DNA of 64,000 bases from Candidatus Latescibacterota bacterium (GCA_965207885.1 OZ242311.1:4224001-4288000); one strand, 5' to 3'; positions 39,518-49,546 are shown, counted from the stretch's first letter. Notes: a model not told the origin generated them from the letters alone. Made by a program: numbers and translations.

Positions 39518-39555
39518 TTGACACCTGTTCTTTTGTTTAGTATTTTTGTGCATAG
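39518..39555 (+). promoter_or_regulatory. Sigma70 promoter with adjacent DnaA-box-like site
   Basis: TTGACA-17-TATTTT; TGTGCATAG at 39547-39555. Confidence 0.55.
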
Positions 39556-39590
39556 AACGTTGAGTCATAATTCCTTGACAGGAGGTAATC

Positions 39591-39887
39591 ATGGCAAGCA
39601 TTAAGGTTCAGACCGAGCAGGATATTAGGGAAATTCTACTGTCCGATTTGAGTCGAGATTTGCTCAAAGTTGCCGATCGCATCCAGGCCGAGATGCCGCA
39701 GGTGCCTTTTGATGCCATTCGCCCCGAAGCCATGGCGCGCATCGAAGCCGCTGAACAAGCTGTCGATACTCTGGCACGAGATTTGACCCAGGGCCAGGGG
39801 GAACTCACTGAATGGCATGGTGCCCTGACGAATTACGAATCGGCCTGGTTTCAGGTCATAGAGTCTTTAGGCGTCCGCAATAATTAA
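39591..39887 (+). CDS. Hypothetical acidic helical protein (98 aa)
   Basis: Perfect SD AGGAGGT; coherent ORF. Confidence 0.75.
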   Translation: MASIKVQTEQDIREILLSDLSRDLLKVADRIQAEMPQVPFDAIRPEAMARIEAAEQAVDTLARDLTQGQGELTEWHGALTNYESAWFQVIESLGVRNN

Positions 39888-39973
39888 ATCGCAACCCATA
39901 TATTCACGTTTATTTTCGGCAATAAATAACCCGTTGTGTTGCCGATTTCCACGAAAGTAAAGGAGAGATAGCA

Positions 39974-40702
39974 ATGTCCCAGCGAGATATGAAGGCGAAT
40001 AACTCAAATATGACTGCGACAGCAGCCCAAACTATCGACCATATCAAGAAGCAGATTGCAGAGTCTGAAGGTTTCCCCATTGAGAAGATCGATGAGTTTG
40101 TAGTGTTCATCCAGAACGATCCCTACATCACGTCTGCGGGTTTGCAGTACAAAATGTTGCAAACCTATAAGGCTGGCAAATTCGCAGTACAGGCTGTAAT
40201 GCCTTCCAAAGAAGAATACGCTCTGTTGCGGCGGATGATGGGATTAAAAGATGAGGAACCGCTGGTGGTAATGCGCGGTGAGGTGTGGGTCGAGGGACTT
40301 GCGCGTCCTTTTGTCGATTACGGCACCACAACGCCTAAGAATCTCAAAGGATTTGTGCGATTTTCAGATTACCCACTCGAAATGGCGACGCGACGCGCCA
40401 CCAATCGGGCGATGCGTTTGGCTACCGCGACGGGGATGTGTTCTGTCGATGAGCTACAGGTAGCCACAGATGCCGCCAGCGATGTTGGAGAGGAGTACAA
40501 CAGTTCATCTGCCACGCAAAGTCAGATTGATCTGATTAAAAATCTGGGGCGCAGTCCACGGCTAACCGAGCGAGAACGCGAGCGATTGAAAACCCAGATT
40601 GAAGGTGGATTGGACAAGCGCCAAGCATCCGAATTGATCCAAAAAATAAAAGCGAGGTTAGACGCTCGGCGCAAAGCCGATGCACAACCTATTGCAGCTT
40701 GA
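39974..40702 (+). CDS. Putative single-strand annealing protein (RecT/Bet/Rad52-like fold)
   Basis: SD AAGGAG; PYITSAGL and EMATRRATNRAMRLATATGMCSVDE resemble the annealase core; C-terminal ATQSQIDLIKNL...KRQASELI module. Confidence 0.55.
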   Translation: MSQRDMKANNSNMTATAAQTIDHIKKQIAESEGFPIEKIDEFVVFIQNDPYITSAGLQYKMLQTYKAGKFAVQAVMPSKEEYALLRRMMGLKDEEPLVVMRGEVWVEGLARPFVDYGTTTPKNLKGFVRFSDYPLEMATRRATNRAMRLATATGMCSVDELQVATDAASDVGEEYNSSSATQSQIDLIKNLGRSPRLTERERERLKTQIEGGLDKRQASELIQKIKARLDARRKADAQPIAA

Positions 40703-40776
40703 TTTTGAGCCGGTTGTAGCGCGCATTCTTTCGTCAGGGGAGAGGGGAAGGATTTAGCGTACAACCGGCACTTAAT

Positions 40777-40812
40777 AAAAAAGCGGGAGCTCTATAAGAG
40801 CCCCGCTTTTTT
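40777..40812. terminator. Intrinsic terminator
   Basis: AAAAAAGCGGG...CCCGCTTTTTT. Confidence 0.8.
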
Positions 40813-40906
40813 GTTTTCTACGGCAAATAGTGCCCTCTTGTGCTTTCGTTTCCTTTTGTGTATCATGGAGCAATGTGCAAACGATCAAAAATGCGATAAA
40901 AGGCGT

Positions 40907-43261
40907 ATGGTTATGAAATCGATAATACTGGGAATTTTGTGCATTGCGCTGACTGCAACAGATGGTCTGGCAAAAGACGCTTCGCCAGAGGCCATTGCCG
41001 CGGCAGAGAGAGCATATCAAGAAGGGATGAAACACTTTGAGGCAGAAAATCTGGACGCGGCACTTGTATCGTTTCAATCTGCGATTGCCCAGAACGAAAA
41101 GTACGCACCCGCCTATGTGGGCCTGGGCCATGTCTATTTGAAACAGGGCGATCTGGCCGAAGCGGAAAAGGCGTTTAAGACCGCAGTCTCAAAAAACAAA
41201 AAATACGCGCCAGCTTACAATGGACTGGGCCTGGTCTATAGCCGGAAAAAGAACGAACTGCGTCGGGCAATTGCGTATTTTCGGGATGCAAATCGGGCAG
41301 ATAAAACGTACTCGGAAGCGCAATATAACCTGGCTCAAACCCTGGAAAATTACGGCAGCAGTGAGACCCTTAAAGCCTATCGCAATGTCTTAAAAATCGA
41401 TCCCAAACACCCCAATGCAAACTATCGCATAGGAATATTGCTCGATGCAGATGGAGAACGCGAAAAAGCCGTGCAAGCATATCGCGATCAATTAGAAGCA
41501 AAACCGGATCACCGCGGGGCACGCTTGAATCTGGGCATTGATCTGAAATTGCTCGGGCAATTGCGAGAGGCACTTCAGCACCTGCTCAAAGTTGCAACCG
41601 TTGCCAGCGATTTTCAACGTCGCGCCGTATTGGAATTGGCGCAGGTATTTCAAAGGGCAAAGGCATTTGACCAGTCTGCGCGATTATTTGAATCATATAT
41701 CAGACAGTTATCCGAAAAAGAACAAGAGACGTATTGCGATCTGAATCTCGTCGCATCGGGTCCTATTCTCAAAGAATATAACGATGCCGAGACACTTCCA
41801 GAAAAAAAACGCGTTTTTAGAACATTCTGGTCGCGTTTAGATCCGGCTCCCGTCACCGAAGCCAATGAACGGTTATTGGAACACTATCGCCGCGTCGCGT
41901 ATGCGCGTGAATTTTTTGGGACACTTCGATTTCCCTGGGACGCGCGCGGCGAAGCCTATATCCGCTATGGCGCGCCTGACCATGTGAGCAATTCGGGCAA
42001 TATTCAACTGGAGCGAACAAAAAAATTAGTTGACGTAAAAGAGCGGCTCATTCAAAAAGCCGGACCGGCAGTGGACCGGTTGCTCAGGGCGCGGGCCGAC
42101 CCGGTAGCATCGGGCATGACTGGTATGCAGAGGCAATTGCGCCGCGCCGAGCAACGAGGCCCCGGCGAACGACAACAAGTAACCAGTGGAACCATTTTGG
42201 GCTGGCCGGTATATCCGGTGGACGGGATATGGGAATACTGGATCTATGCCGATGTTGGCAATGGCATAGAGGTCGTATTTGAACAGCGCGCAAACCAGGG
42301 GGCCTGGGATTATGCCGATATACCCCTCGGCAGAGGGCGGATTGCTCGGATCTGGCAGGACATGCATCCGGAAATTGTCTTGAAACAGGTCGCAGTTCTT
42401 ACACCGATGACATATCGCCCCGACTTTGCGACGGGCGCATTGGATTTTTATTTCTCCTCATCTGCTTTTCGGGGGCAAGAGGGTTTGACCGCACTCGAAA
42501 TTTATTACGGTATTCCAACCGCGCAATTGCACTTTGCAGCCGGGCAAGATGGCGTGCAGATCGCACAATTAGATCGCGGCATTGTGGTTTACAATCAAGC
42601 GGGCGATCCCGTCTATCGCACGAGCCGAGAAATGGTACTGGGCGCATCGGGTGAAGCCACCCAGTCGCCTGGCGCGTATATGCCGGAACTGGACCGTTTG
42701 TTTTTAACGCCGGGCAATTATCGCATCTCCGTGCAGGTTCTGGATCGCCGTTCGAGAAAATCACAGGTGTATCATGTCAACCGCGTCGTACCCGAATTTG
42801 ATATAGACGACGAGTTAAAAATCAGCGATGTGGAACTCGCCGCCACCATCAATGTGGCCGACAAGAATCGGTTCCAAAAGGGCGATATCGAAGTGATCCC
42901 CATAGCCTCAAAAGCCTATTTGCCCGCGCAACCCGTGTTTATCTATTTCGAAATTTACAACTTAAAACGCAATGCCTTCGGCCAGACCAAATACCGCGTA
43001 TCTTATGTGGTGCGATCGCGCGATCAAAAGACCATCGGCGCGCGAATTTTGGGTGGCGTGGGCAAAATGCTCGGACAAAAGAGCGAGCAGGGCGTTGTTT
43101 CAATCGAATACGAACAAGTGGGAACAGAGACACAAGAACCGGGATATCTCGAATTGGATATGTCGCGCTCTGAACCGGGCGAAAAGACCGTAGAAATCGC
43201 GATTGTGGATGAAACAACAGGCCAGACAGCAACCGCGACAGCGACATTTGTCACTCAATAG
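40907..43261 (+). CDS. Secreted TPR-repeat plus GWxTD-domain protein
   Basis: Signal peptide, TPRs (AYVGLG, AYNGLG, AQYNLA), FWSRLDP..NERLLEHYRRVAYA..WDARGEAYIRYGAPD. Confidence 0.8.
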   Translation: MVMKSIILGILCIALTATDGLAKDASPEAIAAAERAYQEGMKHFEAENLDAALVSFQSAIAQNEKYAPAYVGLGHVYLKQGDLAEAEKAFKTAVSKNKKYAPAYNGLGLVYSRKKNELRRAIAYFRDANRADKTYSEAQYNLAQTLENYGSSETLKAYRNVLKIDPKHPNANYRIGILLDADGEREKAVQAYRDQLEAKPDHRGARLNLGIDLKLLGQLREALQHLLKVATVASDFQRRAVLELAQVFQRAKAFDQSARLFESYIRQLSEKEQETYCDLNLVASGPILKEYNDAETLPEKKRVFRTFWSRLDPAPVTEANERLLEHYRRVAYAREFFGTLRFPWDARGEAYIRYGAPDHVSNSGNIQLERTKKLVDVKERLIQKAGPAVDRLLRARADPVASGMTGMQRQLRRAEQRGPGERQQVTSGTILGWPVYPVDGIWEYWIYADVGNGIEVVFEQRANQGAWDYADIPLGRGRIARIWQDMHPEIVLKQVAVLTPMTYRPDFATGALDFYFSSSAFRGQEGLTALEIYYGIPTAQLHFAAGQDGVQIAQLDRGIVVYNQAGDPVYRTSREMVLGASGEATQSPGAYMPELDRLFLTPGNYRISVQVLDRRSRKSQVYHVNRVVPEFDIDDELKISDVELAATINVADKNRFQKGDIEVIPIASKAYLPAQPVFIYFEIYNLKRNAFGQTKYRVSYVVRSRDQKTIGARILGGVGKMLGQKSEQGVVSIEYEQVGTETQEPGYLELDMSRSEPGEKTVEIAIVDETTGQTATATATFVTQ

Positions 43262-43277
43262 GACAGGAGCAAATTCA

Positions 43278-44621
43278 ATGCGTATTTTCGATGTTGAAAC
43301 CATGCGCGCACACGCGCGTGAGATTTTTGATACGGCAGTCAAAGCAGTTGATGCCGAACAGTGCGTGCGGCAATTTGTATCGCTGGATGACAATATTTTG
43401 CACATAGGCGATCAAAATTATGATTTAAGTGTTTACCACCGCATCCTGGTCGTGGGCACGGGCAAAGCCTCACCGAAAATGGGCGTAGCTCTGGAAGATA
43501 TATTGGGTGATCGCATCTCCGGTGGATCAATGAATACAAAATACGACCATGCATTGCCCTTAAAACATATCGACATAGTGGAATGCGGCCATCCTGTACC
43601 TGACGAATCGGGAGTTGACGGCGTCGGACGCATGGTTCATTTGCTGGAAAAAGCGGATGAAAACACGCTGGTGATTTGTTTGATCTCCGGTGGTGGCTCG
43701 GCACTCGCGCCCGCACCTGCTGATGGATTGACGCTTGCGGACAAACAAGAGACCACGAGCCTATTGTTGGCCTGCGGTGCAAATATTGTAGAACTCAATG
43801 CCATCCGCAAACATCTATCGCGCTTAAAAGGTGGGGGGTTAGCACGTGCGGCTTTTCCCGCAACAGTTGTCGCACTCATGTTGTCAGATGTGATTGGCGA
43901 TCCCATGGATGTCATTGCATCTGGCCCCACAGTGCCGGATACCGCAACATTTAAAACGTGTATGGATATTCTGGACAAATACGAATTGGTCGATAAAATA
44001 CCCGAAAGTGTTCGGCTGCGACTAAAAGCCGGTTTGGCCGGAGATATTGAAGATACGCCCAAGCCCGGTGATGCGGCGCTCTCCAAAGTTCAGAATCTCG
44101 TGGTCGGCAGCAATGGTTTGGCCGTAGCTGCGGCAAATAACAAAGCGATGGAATTGGGGTATAATGCCCTGGTATTATCTACGCGCATCGAGGGCGAGGC
44201 GAGAGAAGTCGCTTATGTATATGCGGGTATTGCCAAAGAAATTGTGACATCTGGACAGCCCATTGCGGCCCCGGCCTGCGTGATTGCCGGCGGAGAAACA
44301 ACCGTGCTGGTGAGCGGAGAGGGCAAGGGCGGGCGCAATCAAGAAATTCCGCTATCGGGCGCAATTCAATTGGCCGGATGGGACAATGTCGTACTATTTA
44401 GCGGAGGTACCGATGGCACCGATGGGCCAACCGATGCCGCGGGCGCCGTAGCCGATGGACAAACCATAGCGCGCGCAGAGGCACTGGGACTATCCGCGAT
44501 CGCGCATCTAAAAAACAATGACGCCTACCACTTTTTTAAACCGCTGGACGACCTGATCATCACCGGAGCAACAGGAACCAATGTGGCAGATGTCGCGCTG
44601 GTAATGGTCGGGAATGCATAA
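43278..44621 (+). CDS. Glycerate 2-kinase (DUF4147/MOFRL)
   Basis: GTGKAS, HPVPD, LISGGGSAL, SDVIGD, GGETTV, GGRNQE, TDGTDG, TGTNV. Confidence 0.92.
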   Translation: MRIFDVETMRAHAREIFDTAVKAVDAEQCVRQFVSLDDNILHIGDQNYDLSVYHRILVVGTGKASPKMGVALEDILGDRISGGSMNTKYDHALPLKHIDIVECGHPVPDESGVDGVGRMVHLLEKADENTLVICLISGGGSALAPAPADGLTLADKQETTSLLLACGANIVELNAIRKHLSRLKGGGLARAAFPATVVALMLSDVIGDPMDVIASGPTVPDTATFKTCMDILDKYELVDKIPESVRLRLKAGLAGDIEDTPKPGDAALSKVQNLVVGSNGLAVAAANNKAMELGYNALVLSTRIEGEAREVAYVYAGIAKEIVTSGQPIAAPACVIAGGETTVLVSGEGKGGRNQEIPLSGAIQLAGWDNVVLFSGGTDGTDGPTDAAGAVADGQTIARAEALGLSAIAHLKNNDAYHFFKPLDDLIITGATGTNVADVALVMVGNA

Positions 44622-44639
44622 CTTCGGGAAATATGTCTC

Positions 44640-45413
44640 ATGTCCAATTTAACCGAACCCATCCTCAACGAAGTCGAAGTCGATTATTTCCGGCGCCACG
44701 GGTATATCATACGCACCGATTTACTCACCGTTGATGAACGCGACGAATTTATCGCCCTATTCGACCACGACCGCGAGCAATTTGTGTTTCGCTGGCATCC
44801 CTATGGCTATCACCAGCAAGCCAATTACGACGCGCTCGTCACCACGCCCGAATTTGACCGCGTGATTCGTCACCCAAAAATTCTCGCTGCAATCGAACAA
44901 CTCATGGGGGGACCGGTTTGCTTTGGCGAAATTGGCGCGCGTTATATGCCCCCTTACGACGGCGAACTGCACCGCAGTTGGCACCGCGATCGCCCCCACT
45001 GGGACGAGCATCCATTTCGAATGGACTATATCCAGCTCATGCTCTATCTCACGAACGTGGGCGCAGACACCCACTGTTTTTCACTCTCGCCCGAATCGGT
45101 TTACGAACCCACTCTCGAAGATAACGAAGCACAACTCAAACGCGGAGGCATCGCCGATATTCACGGTCCCGCAGGCACGGTCTGTCTCTTCAATGTCGCG
45201 GCACTACACACGGCTACCACGCGACCTACGAAATGCGACCGCAAAACCCTGCAAATATACTACGGACACCGCGACCACAAATACTTGGCCAACGACTCCA
45301 TCATCCCTCCCATCTTCTGGCGCGACCACAAAGACCCCGAAGTGCGCGCCTTTTACGGCAACCTCAACGAAGTCTCCAATATTTACAACAAAGCATTTGG
45401 AATCCAGCCATGA
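44640..45413 (+). CDS. PhyH-family Fe/2OG dioxygenase
   Basis: FRRHGYII, WHRD, AGTVCLFNVAALH. Confidence 0.8.
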   Translation: MSNLTEPILNEVEVDYFRRHGYIIRTDLLTVDERDEFIALFDHDREQFVFRWHPYGYHQQANYDALVTTPEFDRVIRHPKILAAIEQLMGGPVCFGEIGARYMPPYDGELHRSWHRDRPHWDEHPFRMDYIQLMLYLTNVGADTHCFSLSPESVYEPTLEDNEAQLKRGGIADIHGPAGTVCLFNVAALHTATTRPTKCDRKTLQIYYGHRDHKYLANDSIIPPIFWRDHKDPEVRAFYGNLNEVSNIYNKAFGIQP

Positions 45414-46222
45414 CCTTCCGAACAACACCTCTCACGCCCAACTACGGCGTTGAAGTTCACGACATTGACCTCACCCAAATCAATGGCGAAATGGCCGAAG
45501 CCATTCTCGATGCAGTCAACGAACACGCCCTGCTTCTCTTTCGGAGGCAATCGCTCCACGACGAAGACATCTACACCCTCAGTGCTGCGCTCGGACCCGT
45601 CGCAGAACCCGCAGCCAGAGTCAATCACAGTCCCCGTTTCAAAGAAGTCAATTACCTCTCGAATTTGAACAATGATGAAGGAACATTTATCGGTGCTCCC
45701 ATCACAGACAATGACAGTAGCTGGCATACAGATCAGGCCTTTCGCAAAAATCCCGCCACACTATCCACGCTTTTCTGTATCATCGCCCCGGAACAAGGGG
45801 GCGGCACCAGCTTTTGTAGTACACACATGGGCTATGAAGCCCTTCCGAAAACACTCAAGAAGCACATCGAGAACATGCGCGTCAAATATCTGCCCGGCAA
45901 AATTCACGAAGTCGAACCCCTTGTAGTCACCCATCCTCTGGTACTCACCAGCCCGAGCACAGGTCGAAAAACTCTCTATCTGGCTCCCCACACGCGTGGA
46001 ATTGACGGGCTGGACGAAGCCGAAAGCCAGGCTCTCAAAAACGAACTGCTCACCTATCAACTCCGCCCACAGCACATATACCAGCACAACTATCGCATGG
46101 GCGACATGCTCATTTACGACAACGCACAACTCCTGCACAAACGCGACGCGTACAAAGGTCCCCGCTTCCTGAAAATCACGCGCGTCTTTCTTTCCCACGA
46201 CCGCTTCGCCATTCCCGACTGA
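45410..46222 (+). CDS. TauD/TfdA-family dioxygenase
   Basis: GVEVHDIDL, WHTD, GGGTSF, HPLV, GDMLIYDNAQLLHKR; ATGA overlap with the upstream gene. Confidence 0.9.
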   Translation: MTFRTTPLTPNYGVEVHDIDLTQINGEMAEAILDAVNEHALLLFRRQSLHDEDIYTLSAALGPVAEPAARVNHSPRFKEVNYLSNLNNDEGTFIGAPITDNDSSWHTDQAFRKNPATLSTLFCIIAPEQGGGTSFCSTHMGYEALPKTLKKHIENMRVKYLPGKIHEVEPLVVTHPLVLTSPSTGRKTLYLAPHTRGIDGLDEAESQALKNELLTYQLRPQHIYQHNYRMGDMLIYDNAQLLHKRDAYKGPRFLKITRVFLSHDRFAIPD

Positions 46223-46224
46223 CC

Positions 46225-48219
46225 ATGGCTGCAACATCTCCCCAACAAGAATCTCAAGCTATTCCCTCGCGCATCACGGGACGCTCTGTGTTCTTTGGCG
46301 CACTCACCGCCATTGCCCTCAATGTGTACACAGACCACGCCGGGTTGGTGATGGGATCGTCATCCCTGGTCAAATCGCAATACCCCATGGCCATGTTGCT
46401 GCCCTTTGTACTCTGGTTATTTGCCAATATCGGTCTCAAAACCTTCTGGCCCAAAGCGGCACTTTCGGGCACCGAACTGCTGGTCATCTACAGCATGTCC
46501 TGGATCGCGGGCGTTATTCCCCTCGAAGGTTGGGCAGCTTATTGGACGAGCACAATGGCCGTGCCCACCTATTATGCGTCACCTGAAAATCGCTGGACCG
46601 AAATTATCTTTGACATCTTGCCCTGGTGGACCCTGCCAGACATATCGCCTGCAGTCATTCGTCCTTTCTACGATGGATTGCCTCCCTATGGTTCCATCCC
46701 CTGGGTGGGCTGGTTGCAACCCCTATTCTGGTGGACCGCCATCTCATTGGCCGTTTTTACAGCGGGATTATGCCTGTGTATTCTCTTTCAGCGCCAGTGG
46801 GAAGACCACGAGCGACTCGCCTTTCCGCTTGCGCAATTTGCCGTAGAACTGACTTCTGGCTTTGATCAACCCGGACGCGTTCCCGGCATATTTCGCAACA
46901 AAATTTTCTGGGCGGGCTTTTTCACTGTTTTTGGCGTTTTCGCGTGGAATATCCTCGGTTATTTCGCCACGGGCTTGCCGCGCATCACCATCTATGCCGG
47001 GTACCTGAGCAAACAAATCGACCTCGCCCGCGACTTTCCACCCATTTACCTTCGCATCTTGCCCCCGGTAGTCGGCCTCACCTACTTCTGCAATCTCGAC
47101 ATCCTCTTCAGTTTTTGGGTTCTGCGCCTCGTCGCCATAGTCAAACTCGGCATCATGGACCGCACGGGTTTCACCCTGGGCCTGACCAACCAGCAGGCAA
47201 AATCATCCGAAATCATCAATCTCGAAAGCCACGGCGCCCTTGTTTTGCTGGCGCTCTGGTCTATTTGGGCCGCTCGGGGACACCTGTCTCGCGTCTGGCA
47301 AGCTGTTGTAGAAGGCCGACAGTCTGTTCATAACGACAGCATTATATCCTACCGCATGGCATTTATCGGCTTTATTCTGGCAACCACTTTCATCATCGGC
47401 TGGATGAGTGCAATGGGCATGTCTATCCCCATTGCACTCTTGCAAACCGCGCTACTCTACACGGCATATTTCACCGTCGCCAAATTCACGGCCGCCAGTG
47501 GTTTTCCCCATCTTCTACCCATATATGGTAAAGGCGGTGGCATGGTCTATACCTTTACAGGTACTGCCAACTTGACCCCCTCGGACTTTGTGGGTACTGA
47601 ATTTGTCAACTCCAGCGCCTTCTTTGGCAACACTCGCATTCCCGCATGGCCCGCGCTACCCCACCACTTGAAATTGCACGGCGCAACGCCAAACGCCCGC
47701 ATTGCCCGTATCGCCGTGCTGGCCTTCACCGCGGGCTTGCTCGCATCCTTCATCTTTATTATCTATCTGGCATACGCCCACGGGGGGCAAAATCTGCACA
47801 CAGCCCCATTTTCCGGCCGCTCAAACTCGGCCTCGGTCCGCCTCTACAGCAACATGACCAACCACATACTCAACGAACAAAAAACCGTTTTTGATCCATA
47901 TAAAATGGCCGTATGGTTCATTGGCATCTTTGAAGCGCTCGTGCTCATTGGCTTGCGAAGCCGCCTGCCCTGGTGGCCCCTGCACCCGATTGGCCTCGCC
48001 TTTCAAAATACCTCTGGTCCAAGAATCTACAGCTTCTCCATTTTTCTCACCTGGGCAGCCAAATCACTTTTCCTGCGTATCGGTGGCATTGCCCTGTACC
48101 GCCGCGCAGCACCTTATTTTATTGGTCTGCCAGTGGGCTATGTCACAGGCGTCATTGTTTCGTCTATTGTCGATCTCATCTGGTTCCCAACAGGTGGACA
48201 CTGGACACATGGATGGTAG
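46225..48219 (+). CDS. Polytopic membrane protein (DUF6785/DUF6784-like putative transporter)
   Basis: ELLVIY, YYASPENRW, RQWEDHERLAFPL, WWPLHPIG. Confidence 0.7.
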   Translation: MAATSPQQESQAIPSRITGRSVFFGALTAIALNVYTDHAGLVMGSSSLVKSQYPMAMLLPFVLWLFANIGLKTFWPKAALSGTELLVIYSMSWIAGVIPLEGWAAYWTSTMAVPTYYASPENRWTEIIFDILPWWTLPDISPAVIRPFYDGLPPYGSIPWVGWLQPLFWWTAISLAVFTAGLCLCILFQRQWEDHERLAFPLAQFAVELTSGFDQPGRVPGIFRNKIFWAGFFTVFGVFAWNILGYFATGLPRITIYAGYLSKQIDLARDFPPIYLRILPPVVGLTYFCNLDILFSFWVLRLVAIVKLGIMDRTGFTLGLTNQQAKSSEIINLESHGALVLLALWSIWAARGHLSRVWQAVVEGRQSVHNDSIISYRMAFIGFILATTFIIGWMSAMGMSIPIALLQTALLYTAYFTVAKFTAASGFPHLLPIYGKGGGMVYTFTGTANLTPSDFVGTEFVNSSAFFGNTRIPAWPALPHHLKLHGATPNARIARIAVLAFTAGLLASFIFIIYLAYAHGGQNLHTAPFSGRSNSASVRLYSNMTNHILNEQKTVFDPYKMAVWFIGIFEALVLIGLRSRLPWWPLHPIGLAFQNTSGPRIYSFSIFLTWAAKSLFLRIGGIALYRRAAPYFIGLPVGYVTGVIVSSIVDLIWFPTGGHWTHGW

Positions 48220-48247
48220 GCCTGGGACTACTACAGAAAGGTTTCTC

Positions 48248-48967
48248 ATGCCCAAACAAAAACACATTCTCATCACAGGCGGTGCGGGCTTTGTCGCTGG
48301 CATGTTGCGCCAGCACTGGGGCGCAACCTATCGCCTTCGGCTTGCAGATATAAACCCGGTTGAAAATCTTGCAGATCACGAAGAATTTGTCCGGATGGAT
48401 ATAACCAATCTCGACGAATTTCAAGCTGCTTGCCGGGACATTCATACCGTCATTCATCTCGCAGCCGATCGCAGTCCGCGTGCCGACTTTTACGAAACCT
48501 TACTCGACCTCAACATTATTGGTGCATACAATGCCTTTCACGCTGCACACCTGTGTGGTTGCAAGCGCATTGTTTTTGCCAGCTCGGTCAATGCCGTGTT
48601 GGGCTACCCGGGCGATTCCCCCATCGAATGGGATGTGCCCGTATTTCCCACCAATGTCTATGGTGCCACCAAATGCTGGGGCGAAGCCCTTGCGCGGGTA
48701 TATTCCGAAACCCACGGACTATCCTGTATCTGTGTGCGCCTGGGCGGGCCGAGATGGAATACCGATGAAATTTACGATCCAGACAAACCCAGCATGCTCA
48801 TCAGCCCCAGAGATACCGCGCAACTTTTTCAAAAATGCGTGGAAGCAGAGACCAACTTTGCCATTGTACATGGCGTATCTGATCACAAAAAATCCTATCT
48901 CGGAATTGATAGGACCAGGGAAGTATTGGGCTACGCCCCACAGGACGGCACAGCGAAAAGGCCGTAA
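48248..48967 (+). CDS. NAD-dependent epimerase/dehydratase (uronate dehydrogenase-like)
   Basis: ITGGAGFVA, VIHLAA, VFASS, YGATK. Confidence 0.85.
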   Translation: MPKQKHILITGGAGFVAGMLRQHWGATYRLRLADINPVENLADHEEFVRMDITNLDEFQAACRDIHTVIHLAADRSPRADFYETLLDLNIIGAYNAFHAAHLCGCKRIVFASSVNAVLGYPGDSPIEWDVPVFPTNVYGATKCWGEALARVYSETHGLSCICVRLGGPRWNTDEIYDPDKPSMLISPRDTAQLFQKCVEAETNFAIVHGVSDHKKSYLGIDRTREVLGYAPQDGTAKRP

Positions 48968-48976
48968 ACAGAAAGG

Positions 48977-49435
48977 ATGCCCATGGGAAAGGGAAAATTC
49001 TCATCGACAAAAACATATCACGATCTGCCCTGTGCACATCGTCAGGGATACCACGATGGTCACTGTCACTTTATTCACGGATACAACCGCGAGATCACGT
49101 TTTATTTTACCTGCAACGAACTCGACGAAAACCACTTTGTCGTCGATTTTAGCAAGCTCAAAAAGCTCAAAGCATGGTTGGAACACATGTTTGACCACAC
49201 CATGCTCATCAACGAAAATGATCCCGAACGCGAATTTTTTGAAGAAATGCACCGCCGGGAGCTGATCGACCTGCGAATTATGCCCAACGTTGGCATGGAA
49301 GCGTCATCAAAATATGTCTTTGATTACGCCGACAAACTCGTGCGCGACATGACCCAAAACCGATGCTGGGTCTATAAAGTTGAAACCCGCGAAAACACGA
49401 AAAACTCGGGCATATACGAACTTGTAGATGGCTGA
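48977..49435 (+). CDS. queD: 6-carboxy-5,6,7,8-tetrahydropterin synthase
   Basis: CAHR, CHFIHGY, VVDF, FDHT, RENTKNS. Confidence 0.8.
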   Translation: MPMGKGKFSSTKTYHDLPCAHRQGYHDGHCHFIHGYNREITFYFTCNELDENHFVVDFSKLKKLKAWLEHMFDHTMLINENDPEREFFEEMHRRELIDLRIMPNVGMEASSKYVFDYADKLVRDMTQNRCWVYKVETRENTKNSGIYELVDG

Positions 49436-49497
49436 TCTATACACCTGAATAGCATTTTTTATTTTACTGCACAAAATACTGCACATATTTTTTCTTA

Positions 49498-49538
49498 TAA
49501 CACAATAAGTCAATTATATACAATGATTTATTGTGTTA
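49498..49538. repeat. Imperfect palindrome upstream of the sigma promoter
   Basis: TAACACAATAA-19nt-TTATTGTGTTA. Confidence 0.7.
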
Positions 49539-49546
49539 TTTTTTTC

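Noticed and set aside
39591-40702. Prophage remnant interpretation
   Set aside because: No other phage genes, att sites or decay, and the unit has its own promoter and terminator.
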